Source: an uncultured delta proteobacterium (GTDB taxonomy: Bacteria > Desulfobacterota > RBG-13-43-22). Taken from it: DNA of 64,000 nt. Positions 12,474-22,422 of this stretch are shown here, in pieces. The stretch spans positions 1 through 64,000 of the forward strand of contig CAWDKY010000016.1 in the NCBI GenBank assembly GCA_963802945.1, in the 5' to 3' direction. The first letter of the stretch is position 1; each line of letters opens with the position of its first letter. The translations under genes were made by a program, and so were the position numbers. The notes under the pieces were generated by a model. It searched no databases and was not told the origin of the DNA. It worked only from the letters and a program-made list of their open reading frames with translations.

Positions 12474-13734
12474 TTATTTCACCAGAGCTTCGGTTATCAT
12501 GGAAGAGAGAAATTGGACATTCATTCCCATTTGATAATGGTCGTTCAGATTGCTGAGTTGGGTATGGCAGTTTTCGCAGGCCGTGGCCAGGATCCGGGCA
12601 CCGGTTTTTTGGACCTGGTCCACCTTTACTTTTGAGGATTTCATCCGAAAATCCAAGGTGTCCTCCCCCAGGGACACCAGCCCCCCGCCACCGCCGCAGC
12701 ACCAGTTATAGCGGACATCATCGATCATCTCCCTAAAATCGTTGGTCAGGTGCTTTAAGATGTAACGGGGTTCGTCGATCACCCCGCCATTTCGGGCAAG
12801 CTGGCAGGGGTCGTGATAGGTCACCGGATCTTTGAATTTATTCTTGTCCAGCTTGATTCGTCCTTCCCTTAAGTATCGGGCATGGACCTCGGTAATGGAG
12901 GTAACCTTGAAGGGCTGATTTCCCGGATTGTTGTTTCATAACCCGAAAGGCCGTTCCGCATTCACAGATGCAGACTTCTTTGACTTTGAGACGTAGGGCC
13001 TCTTTAACAATTCGGTCCAGGATCAGTTTGGTCCGGGATGGATCCCCGACAAAGGCCCCGAAATTGACCGCCTCAAAAAAACTCAAGGTCCAGTTTTCTT
13101 TGGCGGCGTTAAAAATGGCCGCCGCCGGAATGATCGAATGGGCCCCGGCCAGGGCCACGTAAAGTAAGTCCGCTCCTTCTTTATCAACCGGGATCGGGGT
13201 TTGCCCGGCCTCGACCTTCCACTTTTCCACCACCTGGTTCTCTAAGTTTTTTATGGCCGTCAAAAAACCCTCTTTAAACAAGTCCAAGGACTTGCCCTTC
13301 TCGATGGAAGAGTCGGCCAGCATGCTCAATATCTCCGGTTCCGTCCCGTCCCCAACCAACAACAATTTGGCTATGGACATGAGCATCTGCGTGTCGATGC
13401 CATGAGGACAATAGACCATGCAGCGCCGGCAACCCGTGCAGGAATAGGCGGCCTCATATAATTCCTCCAGGGCCATCTCGGTCAAGGCCTTGGGTTCACC
13501 CAGGGTCGCAGCCGGATTCCATCGGCCTTTAAAATATTTTTTGTAGATTCGCCGCACAATCTCGTGGCGATAGGCGGCGATATGTTTGACCTGGCCGGTG
13601 GAAGCATAGACATGACAGGCGGTGGTACAAGTCCCGCACCGGGAACAGGTCTCCAAATAAAGCCTCATGGCCTGGTTTAACTTCGATTGGAAGAGTTTTA
13701 AAAGATTCTCTCGGGTCTGGCTGTCCATAATCAA
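12474..13734 (-). CDS. HdrD/DsrK/HmcF-like iron-sulfur protein with CCG domain (one +1 frameshift at ~12923)
   Basis: CSRCGTC and CTGCRRCMVYCP 4Fe-4S motifs; YHDPC, CCGGGGG, TACENC; removing one base joins the two ORFs (SGNQPFKVTSITE...DPVTYHDPC). Confidence 0.9.
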
Positions 13735-14441
13735 CCCCTCCTTAACTTATTCATGGGGATGGTGAAAAAAGAATGCATGATCTTGCTGAAGGGGAAGAAC
13801 ATGATAAAGAGGTTGGCAAAGAAGACATGCAAGACCAGCATAAAGGAATGTCCGGACTGAAAAACCGCCGACGGGAGTTCCGGTCGGGAAAAAAGCAGGC
13901 TGGTGAGATAGATCTGATAATCTCCGGGCGACATCTCCGCATAACCGTACCAGCGCCTGGCCCAGTCCATTTGGCTGCCGAAAAGGACGGTCAAAAAAAT
14001 CAGGATCAGGAGATAATAATCTTCAGGGACCGATAATTCCCGGATAGGGGAGGCAAAACGCCGGAAGAGCAGATAGAGCAGGGCGATGATCAGGGTCAGA
14101 CCGACAAAGCCTTTTCCCAGAAAGATCTCGTGTTGCCAAAACTGAAAAAAGGTGAATCCCTTGAAAAGCTCCAGATGTCCGATAATCAGAAGTAGGATGG
14201 CGATATGAAAGATCATCAAAAAGAACCACAGGACCGGATTGTGCCGTCTAACGGTTGGCAAAAGAAAACTATCGTGCAGGACCCATAACCATTTGGGTCT
14301 CTTTTCCGGAAATATTTGAAGGGTTGTGGGCTGGATGGGAGCCCGCCAGATCTTGACCAACCGGTAAGTACATCCGACCACAAAAATCAGAAAGGCCAGA
14401 TAGACCATGGGAACCAGGATGAGATAATAAATTAGTTGCAT
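13731..14441 (-). CDS. NarI/DsrM/HmcE-like membrane cytochrome b subunit
   Basis: About 5 TMs with heme-b His pairs FH..(LIIGH) and LH...PFSKIMH. Confidence 0.88.
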   Translation of the reverse strand: MQLIYYLILVPMVYLAFLIFVVGCTYRLVKIWRAPIQPTTLQIFPEKRPKWLWVLHDSFLLPTVRRHNPVLWFFLMIFHIAILLLIIGHLELFKGFTFFQFWQHEIFLGKGFVGLTLIIALLYLLFRRFASPIRELSVPEDYYLLILIFLTVLFGSQMDWARRWYGYAEMSPGDYQIYLTSLLFSRPELPSAVFQSGHSFMLVLHVFFANLFIMFFPFSKIMHSFFTIPMNKLRRG

Positions 14442-14480
14442 GCCATTCTCCTTAACTTATTCGCCTTGGATAAGAAAATA

Positions 14481-14592
14481 TAGTTCGGAGTTTAGAGACT
14501 TCGACGAGCTCAGTCGAGTCGTTCGGAGTTCAGAGAACCCCAAAAACTATGATTCGTGGTACGCCTTCCCTTGGCCCCTTGAATCCTTCGAG
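14481..14592. repeat. Short-period repeats (GAGTTCG/GAGTTCA and TTGAATCC types) with inserted CTTCGACGAGCTCAG palindromic unit
   Basis: AGTTCGGAGTTTAGAG [ACTTCGACGAGCTCAGTCGAGTC] GTTCGGAGTTCAGAG ... TTGGCCCCTTGAATCCTTCGA. Confidence 0.55.
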
Positions 14593-14594
14593 CA

Positions 14595-14834
14595 TCATTT
14601 ATTTCTTTTAATATAAATCTTGATAACCCCATCCCCCTGGTCGGTTTTCAGGATCTCATTCCCGCTGGTCCTGGCCCAGGCCGGAAAGTCGGACAAGGCC
14701 CCTGGATCGGTGGTTATGGCCTCGATCACCTGTCCGACTTGAATCTCTTTGATACCTTTGCTGACCTTGACCACTGGCATGGGACAAGGCAGCCCCTTCA
14801 GGTCCATCACTTTATCGACTTTGATTTCTTCCAT
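14595..14834 (-). CDS. tusA: TusA family sulfur carrier
   Basis: DLKGLPCPMP motif, TDPG..D..AW. Confidence 0.92.
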   Translation of the reverse strand: MEEIKVDKVMDLKGLPCPMPVVKVSKGIKEIQVGQVIEAITTDPGALSDFPAWARTSGNEILKTDQGDGVIKIYIKRNK

Positions 14835-14875
14835 GATTTTTTCCTCCTAAGATTTATTCTCAAAATAAAGCATAC

Positions 14876-15050
14876 TGGACGGCATAGTAAAAAGCTTTCC
14901 CGCCAAGGCGGGACTGGGCGCGCAAGTCCTGAGGAATGAGGCGTACAAAGAGGTACGCCGCAATAAGCCTGCCCCGCTGAAAAGCCGGGAAGGATGCAGC
15001 GCAATCCCGCGAAACGTGGGACTGATGGACTTTTTACTGAGCCGTATCAA
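14876..15050. mobile_element. MITE-like element with nested hairpins
   Basis: Imperfect TIRs GACGGCATAGTAAAAAG / CTTTTTACTGAGCCGT; core GAGGAATGAGGCGTAC...GTACGCCGCAATAAGCCTGCCCCGC also present inverted within 62703-63000. Confidence 0.8.
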
Positions 15051-15595
15051 ATAAATAATTGGATCTTGCTGTTCATAGCCTCTTCCAAAAATTTGGCCAC
15101 ACCGCAAAAGGTCAAATCAGGATAGTTGATCATTTCTTCCCTCTTAAAACCCATCAGGTCCATGGACATTTCACAGACATAAATCTTGACCCCCAGTTCA
15201 CCGGCCATCCGGACCATTTCTTCCAGGGAGGCCACGTTTTTCTTTTTCATCAGGGATTTCATCATGGCGGTCCCCATGCCGGCCATATTCATTTTGGACA
15301 ATTTGGCCTGGCCGGTCCCTTTGGGCAGCATGGCCCCGAACATGGTTCCCATCAGGTCCTTGCCTCCCACTTTTTTGTCTTTATCCCTCAGAAGCGGGGT
15401 GCCCCAGAAGGTAAAAAACATGACCACTTCCATACCCATGGCCACCGCTCCAGTACCTATGATAAAGGCGGCCAGGGCCTTGTCCAGATCACCGCTGAAA
15501 ACGATCATAGAAATTTTATTTTCCGCCTTACTAGCGGTCAGATTTTCTACTTGGCTTTTAAGGGCGGTTATTTGTTTTTCAAGTTCTTCCTGCAT
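15047..15595 (-). CDS. DsrE/DsrF/DrsH-like (DsrE2-type) sulfurtransferase
   Basis: IVFSGDLDKA, MFFTFWG, VCEMSMDLMG, LFI C-terminus. Confidence 0.9.
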   Translation of the reverse strand: MQEELEKQITALKSQVENLTASKAENKISMIVFSGDLDKALAAFIIGTGAVAMGMEVVMFFTFWGTPLLRDKDKKVGGKDLMGTMFGAMLPKGTGQAKLSKMNMAGMGTAMMKSLMKKKNVASLEEMVRMAGELGVKIYVCEMSMDLMGFKREEMINYPDLTFCGVAKFLEEAMNSKIQLFI

Positions 15596-15623
15596 AGATT
15601 CCTCCTCTATTTTTTACTTAGTT

Positions 15624-15640
15624 TGTTAATATGATTAACA
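15624..15640. promoter_or_regulatory. Putative MarR operator
   Basis: Perfect palindrome TGTTAAT-N3-ATTAACA next to a TATACT -10 box upstream of dsrE; similar site overlaps the marR start. Confidence 0.6.
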
Positions 15641-15661
15641 GTATAACTCGACCCATTCAAT

Positions 15662-16141
15662 TCAGACCAGTTTTTCCTTAATGGTCTCCATGGCCGATCG
15701 GAGTAATTCTAAGGAATGAAGGACTGATTTTCGATCCTCAGGCCTCAAATGGCTCAATAATTGATGATGGATTTCTGTTATGAAATCATCAATTTGTTTG
15801 GATTTTTTTTGTCCGGCCTGGGTCGGGCTGAATAATTTTACCCGGGCATCTCCAGGATCATCTATACAATGGATAAGCTTTTTCTTTAATAATCCTTCCA
15901 TAATTTTGGTCACCCGGCTCTTGGCCACCTCCAATTTTTGGGCCATTCCTTTGACCGTCAGGTACTTTTCGTTTTTAAAAAGGAGGATACAACGCAGTTC
16001 GGCCGGAGTGAGATTGAATTTTTGGGATTGAAAAAGCACCCTTTCCTGACAACAGTGTATTATTTCCTCAACCAGTTCCTTGAGCCTCCCAGCCTGATAA
16101 GCGGCTAATTTTTGAGGATTGGCTTTGCTTTTATTGTTCAT
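15662..16141 (-). CDS. MarR family transcriptional regulator
   Basis: LTPAELRCI, wHTH AKSRVTKIMEGL, DPGDARVKL..TQAG. Confidence 0.92.
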   Translation of the reverse strand: MNNKSKANPQKLAAYQAGRLKELVEEIIHCCQERVLFQSQKFNLTPAELRCILLFKNEKYLTVKGMAQKLEVAKSRVTKIMEGLLKKKLIHCIDDPGDARVKLFSPTQAGQKKSKQIDDFITEIHHQLLSHLRPEDRKSVLHSLELLRSAMETIKEKLV

Positions 16142-16179
16142 AGTGTTAACAATATAAATCCTTAAATCTCCTATGTCAA
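16135..16179 (-). promoter_or_regulatory. sigma70 promoter of marR plus second putative operator
   Basis: TTGACA-17-TATATT on the minus strand; TGTTCAT-N3-GTTAACA at 16135-16151. Confidence 0.6.
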
Positions 16180-16445
16180 GAAAAATTTGGCTGAGGACTC
16201 TTAAAGGGCATCTGAGATCTTTTTTCTAAGGTTTTTTCCACCAATAACCCAGGAGCCGTTTTACCGAGTCAACCCTAGAAGAATATTTGGTAAGCAGGGC
16301 CACAAAAAATCAGGGAATTATTTTGGATTAATAAAATAGAAGGGGGCCAAAGGCCACCTTTTCATTGACTAACAAGACCGCCTTGTCCTATACTCAAGCC
16401 AATTCAGAATCTAAGCATAGAAGATAAAAAAAGGAAGAAACGTTT

Positions 16446-17684
16446 ATGCAAAAAATTTCCGTCCCCTCACATCTCTGGTATGAGAATCGAGAGCGTGAAT
16501 TGACCTTCCCTGATCGCTGGAAAATCCAGAATCTCAATTCACTCGGATTCGAAAAACCCGGGCTTAATTCAAAACAAATAAAAGAAAAGATCGATCACCC
16601 TGTTGAGGGTATGACCCTGGAGGAATTGGCCCGAGGGAAAAAACAGGCGGTTATTGTCTTTGATGACATGACCAGGCCCACCCCAGTTAAAGACGTGGCT
16701 CCCCATGTTTTAGCCTCCCTTCACAGGGCCGGCCTGAAGAAAGACCAGATCCGCTTTATTTGGGCCCTGGGCTCTCATGGGGCTTATGACATGATCAATG
16801 CCCGCAAAAAATTGGGGGAAGAGATTGTGGAGAACTATGCGGTTTACAATCACGACCCTTTTCAGAACACCGTGTGGGTCGGAAGGACCCCGACCGGTGT
16901 GGAACTTTGGTACAACCGGGAATTTATGGCCTGCGACCTGAAGATCGGTATCGGATGCATCACTCCCCATGTCCATGTGGGCTTCGGAGGAGGGGCCAAG
17001 CTTATATTGCCAGGAGTGGCTGCGATTGAAACCATCAATCAGTTCCATAATCAGTTTTTCCGTGATCCTGCCAGTACCGGCCTGGGTAACTTCGAAAATA
17101 ACATCTTGCGTGCCGAGTGTGATGCCGCCGGAGATGCCGTGGGGCTTAACTTTAAAGTGGATTGTATGATCAACCGCCGGGGGGAGATCACCAATCTCTA
17201 TGCCGGTCCTTTCCGGGCCACCCATGCCGCCGGTGCCCAAGAGGGAAAGGAACACTATGGAATCCCTTATTCCAGTTATTATGATCTGGCGGTTTGTAAT
17301 GCCTATGCCAAAGCCAACGAATCGGCCATTGCCTTTGTTCTGGGTTTGCGGGTTATTAAACCCAAGGAGGGGATAATAGTCCTGATGTCCGATGCCCCTG
17401 AAGGGCAAGTCCCCCATTATGTATTTCGAGCCTGGGGAACCGACTACGGCGGACGCCAATATTCCCCTCGAACCCCAGGTCTCATTCCTCACTTGATGAA
17501 GAAATTGATTGTCATGGCCCCTTTTCCCGACCGGACGGGCCTGGATATGATTTGCCATGTGGATGATGCGGTTTTTGTCAAAACCTGGCCGGAATGTCTG
17601 GCTATTCTGGAAAAAGATTTTCCCGGGGAAGCCAAAGTGGCGGTGATTCAAGACGGGACGATGCAGTATATGAAAAGGGGTTAG
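16446..17684 (+). CDS. LarA (lactate racemase) family nickel-pincer-nucleotide-dependent enzyme
   Basis: DDMTRPTP, ALGSH, PH..GFGGGAKLILPG, later His and Lys matching the LarA catalytic/NPN-binding pattern. Confidence 0.88.
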   Translation: MQKISVPSHLWYENRERELTFPDRWKIQNLNSLGFEKPGLNSKQIKEKIDHPVEGMTLEELARGKKQAVIVFDDMTRPTPVKDVAPHVLASLHRAGLKKDQIRFIWALGSHGAYDMINARKKLGEEIVENYAVYNHDPFQNTVWVGRTPTGVELWYNREFMACDLKIGIGCITPHVHVGFGGGAKLILPGVAAIETINQFHNQFFRDPASTGLGNFENNILRAECDAAGDAVGLNFKVDCMINRRGEITNLYAGPFRATHAAGAQEGKEHYGIPYSSYYDLAVCNAYAKANESAIAFVLGLRVIKPKEGIIVLMSDAPEGQVPHYVFRAWGTDYGGRQYSPRTPGLIPHLMKKLIVMAPFPDRTGLDMICHVDDAVFVKTWPECLAILEKDFPGEAKVAVIQDGTMQYMKRG

Positions 17685-17744
17685 TACAAAAAAGTTCAGA
17701 GTTCAGAGTTAGGGGAATCCTATTTTTCCGAAAGGAGGATTATT

Positions 17745-18491
17745 ATGAAAGCGATTTTTACTATGTGGAGAAATACCCGGATGATCATCCTAACTGCGGT
17801 TTGCGCAGCCATTTACAGCGCGGCCCTGCTGGCCTTCAAGACGGCCATTCCTCTGATCCCCGGCATTACCGAGGTCAGGGTCGGCAACATTTTTCCTATG
17901 TCTTTCGGGTTGATGTTCGGACCGGCCGGGGCCTGGGGTTCGGCCATCGGTAACCTGATCGGGGATATCTTCGGCGGGACTTTGACCCCTTCCTCTTTGG
18001 CCGGTTTTGTAGGTAATTTCCTTCTTGGCTATCTTCCCTATACTTTATGGACTAACTTAGTCCCTTTTAGCCAAAAATTTTTTAATTGGGATGTCCAAAT
18101 TTGGCGCAATTGGGTGGCCTATTTCGTGATTGCCTTTATCTCTGCAGTAGCTTGCGCTGTGGTCATCAGTGTCTTTGTCGATTTCATGGGCGTTGTTCCC
18201 TATAAGGTCCTGGTTAAAATAATCACCTTGAATAACACCCTGGGCAGTTTTATCGGGGTGATTCTTCTGACTTCGGTTTTTAAGTTGGTCAAGGATCACC
18301 TTCAGCTCTATTGGGAAGACGTCATGGACGAAGCCGACCAGGGCAAGCCCCTGGCCGGACCATTAGGGGCCTGGGTGGTCACCATAGCAACGTTCTTCGG
18401 CCTTTTCGGGGGCCTGTTGGGGAATTTCCCGGTGAGTGTTCTCGGCTGGGTTTCCACAGCGGCCATTTTGATCGGGAGCTTTCTATTATAA
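17745..18491 (+). CDS. ECF transporter S component (QueT-like)
   Basis: IPLIPGITEVR, FGLMFGPAGAWGSAIGNLIGD; many TMs; operon with EcfA/EcfT. Confidence 0.85.
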   Translation: MKAIFTMWRNTRMIILTAVCAAIYSAALLAFKTAIPLIPGITEVRVGNIFPMSFGLMFGPAGAWGSAIGNLIGDIFGGTLTPSSLAGFVGNFLLGYLPYTLWTNLVPFSQKFFNWDVQIWRNWVAYFVIAFISAVACAVVISVFVDFMGVVPYKVLVKIITLNNTLGSFIGVILLTSVFKLVKDHLQLYWEDVMDEADQGKPLAGPLGAWVVTIATFFGLFGGLLGNFPVSVLGWVSTAAILIGSFLL

Positions 18492-18572
18492 TTAGTAAAA
18501 ATATAAGTAGTACAAAAAATAGGATTCGATCCCGCCGATGGCGGGACTTGAATCCTTGAACCCTTAGAGATT

Positions 18573-20247
18573 ATGGCCATCGCCGTCTCCTTCGAAAATC
18601 TTTCTTTTACTTATACTGGGAAAGAAACCCCAGCTATAAAAAATATCCAGGCGAAGATTGCAGACGGTTCCTTTGTTTGTATCATGGGTCACGGCGGAGC
18701 AGGTAAGTCTTCCTTATGTTATTCCCTCAATGCTCTGATCCCCAAATTTTTTCGCGGCACTTATCTGGGACGGGTCGTTGTCAAAGGAACGGAAACGGTC
18801 CAATCCAATGTTGCCGGTCTATCACATCAGGTGGGACTAGTATTCCAGGATTTTGAGAGCCAACTTTTTTCCACCAATGTGGAATTGGAAATGGCCTTTG
18901 GCCCGGAGAACCACGGCCTGCCGCATCCTGAAATAGAAAAAAGGATTCAGGAATACCTGCAATCAATCGGGCTGGAAGAATTCAGACCAAGACAGCCGGC
19001 CACCCTTTCCGGAGGGCAAAAACAACGCCTGGCCATCGGTTCGGTCTTGACCCTGGAGCCTGATATCCTGGTCCTGGATGAACCGACTACCGATCTGGAT
19101 CCCGGAAGGGGCGGAGGAGGTGCTGGCCATAGCCCGGAACCTCAGGCAGGAAGGACGCACCCTGGTGATGGTGGCCCCTGAACCGGAAATGGCCGTAGAT
19201 GCGGACCAGATCTGGTTGATGCGGGAAGGGGAACTGATCGCCCAAGGACCTCCCAAAGAAATCCTAACGGATTTACCAAGGCTCTCCCATTGCGGGATCA
19301 AACCTCCGGCTTTGATGGAACTATTTCAAACTATGGACTGGCCCGGCCGGCCGTTGACCGTCACGGAAGCGATGGCCCTTATAGATCAATACCGATTGGT
19401 TCCAAAACGGGAATACCAACTTCCGCCGATGGTTTCTGCTCAAACCCAAGGTCCCTTTATTCTGCAGGCCGAAGGCTTGGAATATATTTATTCCCTTCAT
19501 GGGGTAAAGGCTTTAAAGGGAATCGATTGGAACGTTGCTGAAGGAGAATTTATTGCCCTCTTAGGACAAAACGGCTCCGGAAAAACCACCCTGGCCAAGC
19601 ATTGCAACGGTCTGTTAAAACCCACGGCCGGCCGCATGCTGGTCCGGGGAAAACCGACCCAAACCTTCAAGCATAAGGATCTGGCTCAAGAAGTGGGGTA
19701 CATTTTTCAAAACCCGGACCATCAGATCTTTGCCCGAACGGTTGAAGAGGAAGTCGGTTTCGGTCTGAAGGTCCTGGGTATGGATTCGAAAATCATCCAA
19801 CGGCGGATGGCCGAGGCCCTGGAGGTCGTCGAATTGCAGGGTTATGAAAAACAACTGCCTTTCACTCTGACCAAGGGGGAGAGGCAGCGGGTGGCCGTCG
19901 CCTCAGTATTGGCTGTGCAACCCCAGGTCATTATCCTGGATGAGCCGACCACCGGACTGGATTACAGTCATCAGCGGCGCATGATGGACCTGCTAAAGCG
20001 ATTGAACCAAAAAGGGCACACCATTATCATCATCACCCATTCCATGTGGGTGGCTGCCGAATATGCCCACCGAACTGTTGTCTTAAAAGAAGGGGCCATT
20101 CTTCTCGATGGTCCAACCCGGCATGTTTTTGCCCAGGAATCCAAATTGGCCGAGGCCTCTCTTTCTCCGCCTCCCCTGGTGCAAATCAGCAACCGGCTCG
20201 GCCTCCAGGCCCTGACCTTGGAACAAATGGTTCAGGAACTTCAATAA
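18573..20247 (+). CDS. ECF transporter fused ATPase EcfA-A' (one +1 frameshift at ~19103)
   Basis: Two ABC cassettes (GHGGAGKS/LSGGQKQR; GQNGSGKT/LTKGERQR); removing one base gives DEPTTDLDPEGAEEVL. Confidence 0.9.
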
Positions 20248-21041
20248 TGGATATTTTTCTTTTTCTTGACCAAGATACCCCAATACACCGATTGGATCCC
20301 CGGACCAAATTGATTTCAGCCGCGATCCTTTTCGGCATCTGTTTGTGCTTTAATCATCCCCTCTACCTGGCCTTGATCAGCGGCAGTGTATTGCTATTGG
20401 CTTTTTGGGCCGGGGCCCTGCCCAACTTCTGGAAGCTCCGGTTTATCCTTTTGCTGCTCATCCTCTTCAGTTTTGTCTTGTGGCCTTTTTTTGTCCCTGG
20501 GCCGACCCAGTGGTGGTCCTGGGGTCCCTTTCACCTCAGCCGAGAATCGGTTTTTTACGGACTGGCCATGGGCCTGCGATTGGCCACCTTTGTCGGCATC
20601 GGTTTAATTTTTCTTTCCACGACACGTAATGAAGAACTGACCAACGGACTGATACGCATGGGGGTCCCTTATCCGTTGGCTTTTGCCTTGTCCACAGCCC
20701 TGCGGCTGGTGCCGACCTTTGCCGGGGCCGGGGCGACGATCATCCAGGCTCAGGTCTCCCGGGGTCTCGATCTAGAATCAGGGAGTATCTTTAAACGCCT
20801 GGGCAAGTTTATTCCTCAGGCCGTTCCCCTTTTTATTTATGCTATTCATCACACCAACACCCTGGCCATGGCTCTGGAGTCCAAAGGATTCGATCCCAAA
20901 GCCAAACGCACATTTTATTACGACCCCCAGATGAAACCCATGGATTATGGGGTCCTGATATTTTTTGTATTGCTTCTGATTGCCCTGCTTTATTTGCGCT
21001 TGGGATTAGGCTTGGGTGTAGTCATTAAAGGCCGGCTTTAG
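20247..21041 (+). CDS. ECF transporter transmembrane component EcfT
   Basis: HRLDPRTKL, AQVSRG and ALESKGF motifs; ATG overlaps the upstream TAA. Confidence 0.92.
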   Translation: MDIFLFLDQDTPIHRLDPRTKLISAAILFGICLCFNHPLYLALISGSVLLLAFWAGALPNFWKLRFILLLLILFSFVLWPFFVPGPTQWWSWGPFHLSRESVFYGLAMGLRLATFVGIGLIFLSTTRNEELTNGLIRMGVPYPLAFALSTALRLVPTFAGAGATIIQAQVSRGLDLESGSIFKRLGKFIPQAVPLFIYAIHHTNTLAMALESKGFDPKAKRTFYYDPQMKPMDYGVLIFFVLLLIALLYLRLGLGLGVVIKGRL

Positions 21042-21043
21042 AA

Positions 21044-21361
21044 CTTATTAAGGGTCTCATAGTAATATAGACAAATGGTGTTGCCGGGGTAGGGTGGCCT
21101 TCTTTTCAGGGATTGTCCACAAGGTCACCTTCTGCCCCTATCCCGGCCCGTCCAGCAAAGTTTGATTCGAGGCAGGGCATACACCGTAGCCCGTTTCCGG
21201 CGTTGGTGAAGGCCTGCTTCTGATTTAGTTAAATAACTGGCCCGGAAAAGAAGCTTAGGACTAATTGGGTGGCAATCCTGAAAAGAAGGCCACCCCACCC
21301 CAATTAATTCGAAACTAATCGTTTCATTATATGTTCAGATAACTATGAGACCATTAATAAG
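21044..21361. mobile_element. MITE with terminal and internal inverted repeats
   Basis: TIR CTTATTAAGGGTCTCATAGT / ACTATGAGACCATTAATAAG (1 mismatch); internal IR GGGTGGCCTTCTTTTCAGG / CCTGAAAAGAAGGCCACCC. Confidence 0.85.
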
Positions 21362-21373
21362 AAAAAGATTAGG

Positions 21374-22153
21374 TCAGCGGTTGATTACTTTCCCGATCCT
21401 ATTCCACCTGACCCCATCGCTTCCGGAGGAATAGTAAACCTGCCGAACTTTCCCGATCACATCTCTTAGGGGGACAAACCCGAAGATGCGGCTGTCAATA
21501 CTATGGCCCGGGTTGTCTCCGGTCACCCAGATATGGCCCTGAGGGACGGTCTCTTTTTTCCCATTGACCTGTTCGATACTATCTCCGGGCAGTCCCTCGA
21601 TCCTCTTCATAAAGACCTTGCTTCGGTCGTTCGGATAAACAAAGACAATAATATCGTTTTTCTTTGGTGCCATTCTTCCATAAGCCGTCTTATCGGCAAA
21701 TACCCGGTCCCCTTTGAGGACTGTGGGCTCCATACTTACAGACGGGATCTTAAAGGCCTGTATCACATCCCTCTTGATATACGAAAAAACAGTCCCCAGG
21801 ATAATCCCGGACCCCAGCAACCAAATGGCTAAATAGAAATACCATCGGTTGTGGGGAATCCTTTGTGAAACATTCCCCATATTTTTTGATCTTCTAAAGG
21901 CGTCGATCATGCCTGCACTATAGACCAACAAGACGACTGCCAAGGTGCCCAAGACCCCGAATAAAAGAAAGGGATCCGGCATCAAAACCGTCCACCTGAA
22001 ACCGATCACATAACACACATTGAAAATGATAAAAATGCTTATTCCCTTTAAAGGATCGCCGTTATAGACCTGACCCATTCCCGGCATGGTCAAGGCCAGC
22101 AAAGCGGAAATCCAACCGTTTCTTTTTATGCTTTCTTCTTTTTGATTCATCAT
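21374..22153 (-). CDS. lepB: Signal peptidase I with multi-TM N-terminal domain
   Basis: IPSVSMEPT (Ser), FMKRIEGLPGD (Lys), GDNPGHSIDSRIFG; N-term PGMGQVYNG. Confidence 0.92.
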   Translation of the reverse strand: MMNQKEESIKRNGWISALLALTMPGMGQVYNGDPLKGISIFIIFNVCYVIGFRWTVLMPDPFLLFGVLGTLAVVLLVYSAGMIDAFRRSKNMGNVSQRIPHNRWYFYLAIWLLGSGIILGTVFSYIKRDVIQAFKIPSVSMEPTVLKGDRVFADKTAYGRMAPKKNDIIVFVYPNDRSKVFMKRIEGLPGDSIEQVNGKKETVPQGHIWVTGDNPGHSIDSRIFGFVPLRDVIGKVRQVYYSSGSDGVRWNRIGKVINR

Positions 22154-22206
22154 TCCCTCCAGATTTTGTTTATTGTTAATACATCAGGGCGGCCTATCGG
22201 TTCCTT

Positions 22207-22422
22207 TTATTTACAGACTACAGGAGAAAAAACGGCAAAATAAATCCGGAGAAGATTGATGATGCCTAGGGCTATCCCTCCAAAAGACAGGGCATATCGG
22301 ATAATCGGTTTCAAAAGAAGGTTTTGTGACCAAGACTTTTTTGGTCTCTTTAACGCTTCATAGGTAAAAACCTGTCCCATCACTCGAGAAACAAAATTCT
22401 CAGAAGGCTCAAACCTTTTCAT
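22207..22422 (-). CDS. Small single-TM protein, putative anti-sigma factor
   Basis: PSENFVSRVM motif common in ECF-linked small proteins; overlaps the sigma gene end; C-terminal TM. Confidence 0.65.
   Translation of the reverse strand: MKRFEPSENFVSRVMGQVFTYEALKRPKKSWSQNLLLKPIIRYALSFGGIALGIINLLRIYFAVFSPVVCK

Noticed and set aside
12474-13734. Selenocysteine readthrough or a true two-gene split of the Fe-S protein
   Set aside because: The break is a frame change, not an in-frame TGA; one-base removal restores it
14807-15107. Small ORFs over repeat elements (also 41889-42113, 56930-57178, 60015-60398, 62740-62992)
   Set aside because: They are translations of MITE/REP sequence, not credible genes
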